In this document: one piece after another, positions 1 to 8,950 of the stretch | Layout of the letters: the number at the start of each line of letters is the position of its first letter | How positions within the stretch are numbered: the first letter of the stretch is position 1 | Assembly (NCBI GenBank): GCA_030642465.1 | Contig: DAOWNS010000001.1 | Coordinates: 1 to 27,414 of the forward strand | Direction: 5' to 3' | From: Candidatus Thorarchaeota archaeon | GTDB lineage: Archaea; Asgardarchaeota; Thorarchaeia; Thorarchaeales; Thorarchaeaceae | DNA length: 27,414 nt | Notes under the pieces: generated by a model | Database searches by the model: none | Told to the model about the DNA's origin: nothing | What the model saw: only the letters and a program-made list of their open reading frames with translations | Translations under genes and position numbers: made by a program

Positions 1-68
1 GAGCTTCTTTACAGAGAACAAGGTCGTCATTACTCGATGGTTTTAGTGCGTGACTCTGGGTGATTTGC

Positions 69-500
69 ATGGATCTCACAACCTTTGGTGCAGTAGTGAA
101 GTTTGCATTGGACATTGAGGCCCAAGTGAGTAGCTTCTATGAATCCGCCATTGGTATAGCAAAGGACCCAGATTTTGGGAAACTGCTTGAAAGCCTGTTT
201 CATCGCGGCCAGAAGCGAATCAAGACGCTGCTACGCGTACGCAGAGAAAACGTCACTGAGATGATTCTTGAGCCCATTGCAGGGTTGAACTCCGATGTCC
301 ATAAGCCAGTGACGGCTATTCCAGAGGGCGCTGACGATGGGGCTGTTCGCGAAACTGCTGCTGCGCTGGAAACAAAGCTTCACGAGTTCTACATGCATGC
401 TGCGGCTAAGATTGAGTTCTTGAGCGAGGCTGCTTACGCCCTCGAACTACTGGCTGATGCGAATAATGAAGCCGCTCAGAGTCTGCGGGCAGCAATCTGA
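69..500 (+). CDS. Ferritin/rubrerythrin-like four-helix protein
   Basis: Two repeats of the rubrerythrin-like pattern (FALDIEAQVSSFY; AAALETKLHEFY). ATG at 69 preferred over GTG at 60. Confidence 0.6.
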   Translation: MDLTTFGAVVKFALDIEAQVSSFYESAIGIAKDPDFGKLLESLFHRGQKRIKTLLRVRRENVTEMILEPIAGLNSDVHKPVTAIPEGADDGAVRETAAALETKLHEFYMHAAAKIEFLSEAAYALELLADANNEAAQSLRAAI

Positions 501-533
501 TGATGGATTCAGAGCATTAGACCTATAACGTCA

Positions 534-2129
534 TTGACTGAAGAACCAGCTGTGGGCACCCCAATGACCTTGCCAAACTACGACACAATCGTGGTCCTAG
601 ATTTTGGTAGCCAATACACGCAACTAATCGCAAGGCGTATGCGAGAACTGGGTGTATACACTGAGATACTTCCACATTCAATCCCGCTCTCAGAACTCCA
701 GCTTCGGAAGCCTAAGGGCGTGGTTCTCTCAGGTGGACCCATGAGCGTCTATGAGTCAGATTCCCTCAATCTTCCAGCAGATTTCTTGGAATGGCAGGAA
801 AGCAGATCCATCCCCACTCTTGGAATTTGCTATGGAATGCAGCTGCTTGCTCACGTGCTCGGGGGTAAGGTACTAGCAGTCACTAATCGCGAATATGGGT
901 TGCAGACAATATCAGTCCTTGAAGGAAGCCAGTTACTCGAGGCGGTGCGAAAGAAATCGCAAGTCTGGATGAGTCATGGTGATCAGGTGCAGGCGCTTCC
1001 ACCGGGCTCTCGTGTCATTGCCAAGACCAGTACTTGTCCAGTTGCAGCACTCGAGAGTAAGGGCCGAGGTATCTGTGGTGTTCAGTTTCATCCCGAGGTT
1101 CATCATACAGAGGGCGGCACTGACATAATTCGTGCCTTTCTCTTTGACATATGTGGGTGTAGTCCTACTTGGCAGGTATCCAACTTCATTGACCAGACAG
1201 TTGCCGAATTGAAGAGCACGTTGGGCAGCGAGCGCGTGCTAATGGGGGTCAGCGGAGGAGTTGACTCAACCGTAGCCGCTCTACTTCTCCAGAATGCCAT
1301 AGGGGGACAGCTTCACTGCGTCTTTGTGGATAACGGGCTCTTGCGTACTGGAGAGGTCGAAGAGGTTCGTGCGAATCTCGCTCCGCTATTCACAAACTTT
1401 CATTTCGTTGATGCCACCGAAATCTTCCTGCAACGCCTGCAAGACATCGTAGATCCAGAGGAAAAGCGTAGAATCATTGCAACCGCCTTTATCGAGGTCT
1501 TCCAGCAGAAGGCATCCGAACTCTCCAGAAGCGTGGGGGATTTCACCTACTTGGGACAGGGAACAATCGCACCTGACCGTATTGAGAGTGGAGTCACCAG
1601 CTCCGCTTCAAGCCACATCAAGAGCCATCACAACGTAGCGCTTCCTGAAACGCTTCACCTGAAGGTAATTGAGCCCCTCCAATTGCTCTACAAGGATGAG
1701 GTGCGTCGAGTCGGTGAAGAACTAGGACTTCCAAGTAGTTTTGTAAATAGGCAGCCTTTTCCTGGTCCTGCCATGGCTGTGCGTATCGTAGCTCCAGTGA
1801 CGACAGACAGGCTCCGCATTGTTCGAGAGGCTGATGTTATTCTCACAGATGAGTTGAAGCGCGCTGGTGTATTTGGGGACTTCTGGCAGGCATTTGCAGT
1901 GTTCCTTCCCGTGCAATCAGTAGGAGTCATGGGTGACTCACGGACTTTCGAATATGCTGTTGCATTGCGTATCGTAGAGAGTGAAGATGCCATGACTGCT
2001 CGCATAGCTCATTTAGACTGGGACCTACTGGAGCGAACTGCTACCCGCATAATCAATGAAGTCCACGGAGTCAACCGCGTTCTCTATGACCTGTCGAACA
2101 AACCTCCGGCCACAATAGAGTTCCTCTGA
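534..2129 (+). CDS. guaA: GMP synthase (glutamine-hydrolysing), fused GATase + ATPPase
   Basis: LDFGSQYTQLIARR, catalytic GICYGMQ, QFHPEV, PP-loop SGGVDS, IKSHHNV, PFPGP, C-terminal KPPATIEF. Start may be ATG 564 rather than TTG 534. Confidence 0.97.
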   Translation: MTEEPAVGTPMTLPNYDTIVVLDFGSQYTQLIARRMRELGVYTEILPHSIPLSELQLRKPKGVVLSGGPMSVYESDSLNLPADFLEWQESRSIPTLGICYGMQLLAHVLGGKVLAVTNREYGLQTISVLEGSQLLEAVRKKSQVWMSHGDQVQALPPGSRVIAKTSTCPVAALESKGRGICGVQFHPEVHHTEGGTDIIRAFLFDICGCSPTWQVSNFIDQTVAELKSTLGSERVLMGVSGGVDSTVAALLLQNAIGGQLHCVFVDNGLLRTGEVEEVRANLAPLFTNFHFVDATEIFLQRLQDIVDPEEKRRIIATAFIEVFQQKASELSRSVGDFTYLGQGTIAPDRIESGVTSSASSHIKSHHNVALPETLHLKVIEPLQLLYKDEVRRVGEELGLPSSFVNRQPFPGPAMAVRIVAPVTTDRLRIVREADVILTDELKRAGVFGDFWQAFAVFLPVQSVGVMGDSRTFEYAVALRIVESEDAMTARIAHLDWDLLERTATRIINEVHGVNRVLYDLSNKPPATIEFL

Positions 2130-2138
2130 ACCTGCAGT

Positions 2139-3254
2139 TCAGTCGCTGGGCAGTATTGTATGCGGTCGAAGTTCCTGTGTTCCCGTTGCAGATATGCGTC
2201 CGAAGCGGGCACGTGTCCACATCTCGGGGATATTTCTGGCACCAATATAGCCACATGTGGCCTTCAAGGCACCTGAGAACTCCTCAATAATCTCTGATGT
2301 AGGTCCGCGAACTGGAACTAGGCCTTCCACACCTTCAGCGACATTCTTTGCAGGCTTTGAGTAACGATCCATTGCAAAGCGCTTCATTCGAGCCTTGTGA
2401 CTGCCCATGCCCCAGTGACGTTTGAATGGTTGACCATTGTGGGTTTCAATTGGCCTTGGACTTTCCTCAGCCGCGGCAAGAATACTGCCCAACATGACAG
2501 TCCAAGCACCAGCCGCTAGCGCTATTGACGCATCGCCAGGATTACGTATTCCACCATCGGCAATGATTGGTATGTCGGCTCCCATTTCCCGTGTTGCATC
2601 TGCTGCAGATGCCACTGCATACAATGTCGGAGCGCTAACACGAGTCTGAACGGATGTACTGCACGTGGATCCACTCCCAATTCCACAGCGGAGACCTGCC
2701 ACACCATCGAGCTTGCTCAGAACATCCTCGGCCGCTCCAACGGTCCCGATATTTCCCACCACAAGATCTACCGGGCATACATCGAGAATGCGACGGGTTC
2801 CGCTGAAACAGCTCTTTGTATGAAAGTGCGCCACATCTACGAGGACCAAATCAACCGTCTTTGCAAGAGCCTTCACACGGTCCAGGTCTTGGGGGCCTAT
2901 TGCTGCGCCCACCCTTAGCTGCCCCTCCTCATCCACAGTTGCCTTTGACCATTTCTCAGCATCCACTACTGAAGATTTCACTTCTTTTGCTAGTTTCACC
3001 TGTTCTTCAACGGAACAGTTGCGATGCAGGATACCTAGTCCTCCGTTCCGTGCCAAGGCTTTTGCAAGAGCGCTACCAGTAACACTCTCCATTGGACTAC
3101 TCACATAGGGCACTGCCAGCTCTATTCCACAACTGACTCTGGTTGTGGTTTGCACGGTTTCCGGTTCAACCTCAGAATAATTTGGAAGCAGTGCCAAATC
3201 GTGGAATGTGAAGAGTTCCTCAGAGTTCTCTATCTTCTTTCGAAATGATGCCAC
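2139..3254 (-). CDS. guaB: IMP dehydrogenase lacking the CBS subdomain
   Basis: SSPMESVT, GGLGILHRN, DVAH, catalytic loop GIGSGSTCST, IADGGIR, GMGS, flap DRY dyad, EGVEG. GTG start overlaps the upstream stop (TAGTG). Confidence 0.88.
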   Translation of the reverse strand: MASFRKKIENSEELFTFHDLALLPNYSEVEPETVQTTTRVSCGIELAVPYVSSPMESVTGSALAKALARNGGLGILHRNCSVEEQVKLAKEVKSSVVDAEKWSKATVDEEGQLRVGAAIGPQDLDRVKALAKTVDLVLVDVAHFHTKSCFSGTRRILDVCPVDLVVGNIGTVGAAEDVLSKLDGVAGLRCGIGSGSTCSTSVQTRVSAPTLYAVASAADATREMGADIPIIADGGIRNPGDASIALAAGAWTVMLGSILAAAEESPRPIETHNGQPFKRHWGMGSHKARMKRFAMDRYSKPAKNVAEGVEGLVPVRGPTSEIIEEFSGALKATCGYIGARNIPEMWTRARFGRISATGTQELRPHTILPSD

Positions 3255-3883
3255 TATTCATCTCTCCGTGGTTCTTTTCCACGATTCTTATGTCCTTCAA
3301 CTGTTTGCCATTGCTTGAGGAAGTAGCCAGCGTAGTGCATTGGCAAGCCCAGCTGGAGCAATCGATTCTTGATCTCAATTGGCGCGACCTTCTGTTCTGC
3401 AAGCTGGTTGGCGAAGTCGAACGTGAACTCTTTCATTTCCCAGGGGTAAATGACCCACGCCTTAGTATGGACAACGTAAAAATCCGGAACTAAGCTCGTC
3501 CATGGCTTCATGTGCACGCACGCGGTTCGAATGTTCTTGAGACCTCGACCATCGAGATGCTCCAGAGCAGCCTTGAGACTATCACCTGAGTCAGAGATAT
3601 CATCTACAACTAAAGGGCGCTCCCATTGCATATCATCAGGAATCGATTGACTAACGCGAGGACGTTCATTCCGAGCATAGATGCCTCGATAGAGGTCCAC
3701 CTTCACGTTTGCCGTGTCCGGCATGAAAAAGAGATCTGAGAGCACACGTGCCGGAACCCACCCGCCTCGAGCCACGCCGATGATTACATCTGGATTGTAG
3801 CCTGACTCCATAATCTTCTCGTACAACAAGAAGCAGAGTTCGTAGAGCCGTTCCCACCAAACAAACTCATACAGGTCTGCCAT
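3254..3883 (-). CDS. Purine phosphoribosyltransferase (archaeal hypoxanthine/guanine/xanthine PRTase type)
   Basis: ARGGWVPAR loop, PRPP-binding LVVDDISDSGDSL, WVIYPWE. Translationally coupled to guaB. Confidence 0.85.
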   Translation of the reverse strand: MADLYEFVWWERLYELCFLLYEKIMESGYNPDVIIGVARGGWVPARVLSDLFFMPDTANVKVDLYRGIYARNERPRVSQSIPDDMQWERPLVVDDISDSGDSLKAALEHLDGRGLKNIRTACVHMKPWTSLVPDFYVVHTKAWVIYPWEMKEFTFDFANQLAEQKVAPIEIKNRLLQLGLPMHYAGYFLKQWQTVEGHKNRGKEPRRDE

Positions 3884-3946
3884 ATCGGAGGATGGGCGAA
3901 CTGACTATAAACCTTGCTGGCCCGCCGCTCGTGTGAGAGTACAGTT

Positions 3947-4186
3947 TTAGCTCGGAGTTTCTAGTTGCTTCATCATCACATTAATCTTGCCCGCTAAGGA
4001 CAGTACAAAGACCATTGCCGAAATTATGGATACAATGAGCAGTGAATACAACATGAACTCTGATGAACTCATTTCACCACTACTCACAAGGCTTCCTGCT
4101 GTAACAACAGTCACTATGACAACGACTGCAAAGAATGCCAGTACTCCTTTCAGCTTCAGTTCTAGACTGCTCCACCATTCAGACAT
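3947..4186 (-). CDS. Small membrane protein, 2 TM, unknown function
   Basis: Two long hydrophobic segments. GGTGA Shine-Dalgarno 5 nt before ATG 4186. Confidence 0.65.
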   Translation of the reverse strand: MSEWWSSLELKLKGVLAFFAVVVIVTVVTAGSLVSSGEMSSSEFMLYSLLIVSIISAMVFVLSLAGKINVMMKQLETPS

Positions 4187-4376
4187 ATTGGTCACCTACT
4201 TGCGCAAGAGAGAATATGCGCAGTTCCTTTTAACCTTCTAGGATTTCACGACCTTTTCTTCTATCCCCTTCCGATTGAACCCAAACCGCGTTTCCACTAT
4301 CTGGTTTTCTATCATTCATACCAGATTTGGCCCTAGCTGCCCCCCGATTCCCGAGGGGCCGCCACGGGTTTATCTA

Positions 4377-5303
4377 CTATTTTACCTTTTTAGCGACTTG
4401 TGTGGCTCCTGCAAGACCAGCTAGGCCCATTATCTCCCCTTTCACCATGTTAATAGGCATGGCAAACACTATTGTGTTACTCTGGTCGAAGCTGATGTCC
4501 TCTAGGCTTGAGAGAGTTCTCAAATAGAGCGCCTGCGCGCTCATTTCTTTAACGGCCGCCTGGAGGTTCTTCGCAGCTATAAGCTCTCCCTCGCTTTTGA
4601 TAATCACTGCTCGTCGCTCACGCTCTGCCTCAGCTTGCCTGGCGATCACTCTCTTCATGTCGTTCGGAAGCTCGATGTTTTGGAGATTGACGCTTCGAAT
4701 GTCCACTCCCCAAGTTTCTGTTTCTTTGTCGACGATAGATTTGATCCGTTCAGCAATCTCATCACGACGGGCTAACAAGTCATCCAACTCGACACTGCCA
4801 ATGACATCGCGCATCGTAGTTTGTGAGTATTGCATTACACTTAGCTTAACATTGACGATGTTCATGAGGCTCTTTGGTGTGCTTGTTATTTTCATGAATA
4901 CGACCGCGTCTGCCATCAAGCTGATGTTATCCTTTGTCATAACTTCCTGCTTCATGACATCCAGAGTCTGAATCCGTATGTCCTGTCTAAGGAACCTCTC
5001 CATTACTGGCCACTTGAAGAACATTCCAGGACCGACAAGCCTCTTGAATTTCCCAAAGCGCAGGATGATGGCTTCTTGCCACTGTTGATTGATTGCTATA
5101 GTTCCTGGCAGTAGCATTACAAATATGACTCCCAAGAACACGAACGCCGGCCACCAGAACGCTGGTATTCCAAAGTACGCTCCGTAAAACACCAAGAAGA
5201 AGCACACAATAGCCAGCGCCAAGAACGTCACAAATGGTGCCGGTGATCCTGAATATTCATATGTTTCTGTCTTCTGATTAGTAGATTTTGCATTTTCTCC
5301 CAT
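4377..5303 (-). CDS. SPFH/band 7 (stomatin/slipin-like) membrane protein
   Basis: AIILRFGKF, GPG, QEVMTKDNI, QTTMRDVIG, ARQAEAERERRA, QALYLRTL. Two N-terminal TM segments. Confidence 0.93.
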   Translation of the reverse strand: MGENAKSTNQKTETYEYSGSPAPFVTFLALAIVCFFLVFYGAYFGIPAFWWPAFVFLGVIFVMLLPGTIAINQQWQEAIILRFGKFKRLVGPGMFFKWPVMERFLRQDIRIQTLDVMKQEVMTKDNISLMADAVVFMKITSTPKSLMNIVNVKLSVMQYSQTTMRDVIGSVELDDLLARRDEIAERIKSIVDKETETWGVDIRSVNLQNIELPNDMKRVIARQAEAERERRAVIIKSEGELIAAKNLQAAVKEMSAQALYLRTLSSLEDISFDQSNTIVFAMPINMVKGEIMGLAGLAGATQVAKKVK

Positions 5304-5506
5304 TTTGAGTCCCTACCACTCATGTAATTCTTCAAAATAAGTGCTTATCTCCTTTTGCATTTCGAGGCGCGAGCAATGGAACGGGCGAATGATTTTACTA
5401 GAAGTGCATATTCAAAACTGATACATTTATTGTTCATAATGAAGTGACTTAAGGTGATAACCCCTGTAAACAGATGAGCGCATGAAATCACCGGGGAGAT
5501 CTCAAC

Positions 5507-6028
5507 ATGTCTAAAGAACCAGCAACTCCCGCTATCAAAGACAAACAAGCAAATCCCATAACTATTGGCATAGTGATGACCCTTGTAGCTCTCCTTGCAC
5601 CATTTACAGTTAGTTTCTCCAGCTACGACGGGCCGCATCTCGACGGGCTGTATCTTTCTATAATCGGAATCCTCTGGAATTTCAGTTCATCACCCTACCA
5701 CACATCCTTGGAAATGACAAACATCAACATCCTCCCTGTAGTAATCCCTTTTGTTTTCCTGCGATTAACCTACGCCTATCAGATGGTCCGATTCTACAAG
5801 GGGCGGACAACTAAGAAGCGTACATTAGCACTTGGCATCGTTAGTGAGCTTCCCTTTGCGATTCTCCTCATACCATTCTTCATCCTGTCGCTTTTGGATT
5901 CATCTATTTCAATAATGTTGGCGGGGCCCACACTCATTCTCCTGATAGTTGGCCTCCTCATTATCAGATTGAAATCCCCTCCTGAATATCTTGAAACATG
6001 GGCGGAGCTGTACGAGGAAACACCATGA
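5507..6028 (+). CDS. Multi-pass membrane protein, copy 1 of tandem pair
   Basis: About 4 hydrophobic segments. Clearly paralogous to 6141..6674 (shared YQMVR.YKGRTTKKRTL, LAGPTLILLIVGLLIIR). Confidence 0.8.
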   Translation: MSKEPATPAIKDKQANPITIGIVMTLVALLAPFTVSFSSYDGPHLDGLYLSIIGILWNFSSSPYHTSLEMTNINILPVVIPFVFLRLTYAYQMVRFYKGRTTKKRTLALGIVSELPFAILLIPFFILSLLDSSISIMLAGPTLILLIVGLLIIRLKSPPEYLETWAELYEETP

Positions 6029-6140
6029 TGGGTCCAGGCGCCAACATACTCGTGATATTCACATTGCTTGGAGCAAAGGAACTTAAGGCAATGACTACAT
6101 TGAGGAATTGAGAGAGTGAAATAGCCGGGGAGATTTGTAC

Positions 6141-6674
6141 ATGTCTGAGGAACCAGCAACTCCTGCTATCAAGGATAAACCGGTCAATCCAACAATTGTT
6201 GGGACCGTGATGGCTCTCGTAGCTCTCCTTGCACCAATTGCATTTGGTTTCTCCGGTTATGATGGGCTGCATCTTTCTGTGATTGCAGTTCTCTGGGCTT
6301 TCACTTCATCGCCCTACTTCACGCATTTGGAAATAATGAATATCTTCACTCTCATTACAATGATGCCCTTTGGTTTCCTCCGATTAGCCTACGCTTATCA
6401 GATGGTCCGACTCTACAAGGGGCGGACAACCAAGAAGCGCACGTTGACACTTGGCATCGTGAGTGAGCTTCCCTTCGTAATGCTCTTCATACTATACCTC
6501 ATTTTGTGGTTCTTGAATCCGTATGGTCCAATGGGGTTGGCGGGACCCACGCTCATTCTCCTGATAGTTGGCCTCCTCATTATCAGATTTAGACCTCCTC
6601 CTGAATCTCCCGAAATATGGGAGGAGATGTCCGTTGAGAAATCATGGTGGATGGAAGAATCAACGAATGCATGA
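6141..6674 (+). CDS. Multi-pass membrane protein, copy 2 of tandem pair
   Basis: Paralog of 5507..6028. ATG 6141 (MSEEPATPAIKDK) chosen by alignment with copy 1 (MSKEPATPAIKDK). Confidence 0.8.
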   Translation: MSEEPATPAIKDKPVNPTIVGTVMALVALLAPIAFGFSGYDGLHLSVIAVLWAFTSSPYFTHLEIMNIFTLITMMPFGFLRLAYAYQMVRLYKGRTTKKRTLTLGIVSELPFVMLFILYLILWFLNPYGPMGLAGPTLILLIVGLLIIRFRPPPESPEIWEEMSVEKSWWMEESTNA

Positions 6675-6694
6675 AGTTACGCTCATAGGATAGA

Positions 6695-7555
6695 GTGGTG
6701 CAAGTGAAAGATATGCATCTCCCCACTCGTCGAGCCTATCATGTCATTTATGACTCATCACTGGTAGAAGCTCTTCAATATGCTTCAAGCAACAACTGGA
6801 CTGGAGTCGCACCAGATCTCGGTGTACCACAATTTTCCCCTGAGAGGTTTCCACCGAAGATGCGGGAGGAGCTCAGGGAGATGTCCAGTACTCTCTCCTT
6901 AGAGTGGGGGTTCCACGCTCCAGGCGATGATCTCAGTCTAACCGCAACTTATCCGCCCGTGCGGTTAGCGATCATTGAGTACATGAAACAGATAATTGAT
7001 TTTTCTCGCGATGTTAGCGATTCTGCAACGAATCTGGTTGTGCATGCAGGATTGCCACCTAGCTTCGGGAAAGCAGGTGGGGAGAAAGAGGCCTTCCTGA
7101 AGATCAATCATGAACTATATCTTCGAACACTACATGAGAATCTCTCAGAGCTGATTGAATATGGGGAACCAGACGTTCACATAGCTCTTGAGAACCATGC
7201 TTGGAATCATATGGTTCGTGAGGCAATTGGAGCTCTGCTTTCGGAAGGTCTCAGACTCTGTCTTGACATTCCAAAGCACTATGGACCCGACCTTGGGATC
7301 AAGTCTGAAGACTGGGCTATCTTTCAAGAAAATAGGAATGCCATTGAAGTAGTGCATGTCCACGATTGGTCCAAGAAGCACGGGTCCCATCAAGTCGTCG
7401 GAACCGGTTCAATAGACTTCAAGCCAAGTCTGCAACTGCTAACTGGATTAGGTCATCCTGCGCAATATGTGTTCGAAGTTCGACCCAGAGAGTCCGCTCA
7501 AGAAAGTCTTAGCAATTTCAGTCAAATCTTGAAGAGAACTGGCATCTCGCTCTGA
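6695..7555 (+). CDS. Sugar-phosphate isomerase/epimerase-like TIM barrel (AP_endonuc_2 family)
   Basis: GFHAP, VVHAG, ALENH, LDIPK, HVHD, VGTGSIDF, FEV metal-site pattern. Start may be ATG 6713. Confidence 0.8.
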   Translation: MVQVKDMHLPTRRAYHVIYDSSLVEALQYASSNNWTGVAPDLGVPQFSPERFPPKMREELREMSSTLSLEWGFHAPGDDLSLTATYPPVRLAIIEYMKQIIDFSRDVSDSATNLVVHAGLPPSFGKAGGEKEAFLKINHELYLRTLHENLSELIEYGEPDVHIALENHAWNHMVREAIGALLSEGLRLCLDIPKHYGPDLGIKSEDWAIFQENRNAIEVVHVHDWSKKHGSHQVVGTGSIDFKPSLQLLTGLGHPAQYVFEVRPRESAQESLSNFSQILKRTGISL

Positions 7556-7568
7556 CCTAGAGCAATCC

Positions 7569-8099
7569 CTAACCTACCAAATCCTCAATCTTCATCCACA
7601 TCATGACCTCGTTAGCATACTGGTTTCCGTGTCTTAGGCCACGCTCTAGGACTCCGAATTCCTTGAAGCCTATTCTCTTATACGATGCAGTGGCCTTTTC
7701 GTTGCTCCCTTCTGCACTAACCTGGACCATCTCAACTCCTATCTCAGCAAAATGCACTGCAATCACCTTCATCATGAGTCGTGCGATGCCAAGGCGTTGG
7801 AAGTCCTCTGCCACCACCACTTGCACCATCTCTATCCTATGCCTCTCACCTATCCATTTCTTTCTGACTCCTGTACACACTCCAACAACCTTGAATCCGC
7901 TAAGTGCACAGACACTGAGAACCTCGTCTGGGCCCGGGGCGATAAGACCATCTCTTCCTAGCTTCACTTCCTCTGCTGACATCCCACCGAAGAGATCATT
8001 GGCAATCGACTCCGCATGACGGTTTTCATATGGTTCGATGTGGATTCTGCTGCCGTCCTTTAACTCGTACTCCGCCACTATCTGTCGTTCTCCTGACAT
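7569..8099 (-). CDS. GNAT family N-acetyltransferase
   Basis: Motif A VVVAEDFQRLGIARLM and motif B NEKATASYKRIGF. Confidence 0.9.
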   Translation of the reverse strand: MSGERQIVAEYELKDGSRIHIEPYENRHAESIANDLFGGMSAEEVKLGRDGLIAPGPDEVLSVCALSGFKVVGVCTGVRKKWIGERHRIEMVQVVVAEDFQRLGIARLMMKVIAVHFAEIGVEMVQVSAEGSNEKATASYKRIGFKEFGVLERGLRHGNQYANEVMMWMKIEDLVG

Positions 8100-8154
8100 T
8101 GTATCAGTAACAAATCCACCTCATTTGGTGTGAATGCAGAGCCAGTTTCAGGTC

Positions 8155-8931
8155 TTATTGTTTATGGGTCCTCTTTGCAGCTAATACGTCCCTTATCTCC
8201 CGAACAGCCACCAGAGTGCTCTCTCGGAAGAACGTACTCTTCTTTCGAAGCCTCCTCTCAGGCATTGTAGCTAAGGGTGAAACCTTGAACATCCGCAACT
8301 CCTTGAGAATGAAATCCCTGGCCTCCTCGTAGAATGCAATTCCCTCGATGCGTTGATCTCCTGAACCCCTGAAGAGCAGTTGGATGAATGTCGTGATCAA
8401 ATCAGGGTGCTGCGCTCCATCTGATTGTCCTGCCGTTTCAATACGTACAACACCTATGCCAAACAATCTATCCAATGGTCCAACTCTAGTCGAGATATTC
8501 GTAATTGAACGAAATGGGACGTGTTTGCGAACGATTGTGATGATGCCTTTTTTCTCAAATACTTCAGGCATAGTTTCTCCCGAGTATGCAACTAGCGAGT
8601 ACTCAATGCTTCTGACATAGAGATGGGTCCATATCATTGCGGGAACCAACCAGATCATGGTGAGTATCCAATACCATTGGCTGCCCGTGACCCACGTGTC
8701 CTCTAGGAACCATATTTCAAGGCCAAACTCCGTGCGTATTGCCTCACGCAGGAACCATGATATCCAAGGATAGCCAAAGAACATCAGATAGAACACAACC
8801 CATAATGCGAGAGCAATGAGAACGAACTTGAGCCATTTCTTGTAACGAAAGGCAGAGGCAGGCTTGAAAATCCTGCCACTCACCACGCTCTCGACAGGAG
8901 GTTTGATAACTCTTCCATCAGACGAGTCCAA
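8155..8931 (-). CDS. Membrane protein with bacterial PH (bPH_2/DUF304, YdbS-like) domain, paralog 3 of array
   Basis: 2 TM, then KHVPFRSITNIS...GPLDRLFGIGVVRIETAG. TTG start at 8931 or 8937 after GGGGAG; the ORF-track start at 8979 overlaps the upstream gene. Confidence 0.85.
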   Translation of the reverse strand: MDSSDGRVIKPPVESVVSGRIFKPASAFRYKKWLKFVLIALALWVVFYLMFFGYPWISWFLREAIRTEFGLEIWFLEDTWVTGSQWYWILTMIWLVPAMIWTHLYVRSIEYSLVAYSGETMPEVFEKKGIITIVRKHVPFRSITNISTRVGPLDRLFGIGVVRIETAGQSDGAQHPDLITTFIQLLFRGSGDQRIEGIAFYEEARDFILKELRMFKVSPLATMPERRLRKKSTFFRESTLVAVREIRDVLAAKRTHKQ

Positions 8932-8950
8932 CTTCAACTCCCCCTTGCTT

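Larger units (their letters stand above)
5447..6684 (+). repeat. Tandem direct duplication of a ~630-bp promoter+gene unit
   Basis: Both units carry ACTTAAGG with the C 59 nt before the ATG (5448/5507; 6082/6141) and ccggggagat before the ATG. They share long near-identical tracts such as ctcattctcctgatagttggcctcctcattatcagatt. Confidence 0.85.

Noticed and set aside
2139-3254. GMP reductase (guaC) call
   Set aside because: The flap retains the Arg-Tyr dyad (DRY) typical of IMPDH, and the guaA/PRTase context fits IMPDH.
4335-4372. GC-rich hairpin after the SPFH stop as a terminator
   Set aside because: The stem is short with G-U pairs and there is no clear adjacent U-tract on the minus strand; insufficient support.
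6026-6028. TGA as selenocysteine in membrane protein copy 1
   Set aside because: The aligned residue in the paralog is Trp (TGG), not Cys; there is no redox motif and no SECIS was recognised.
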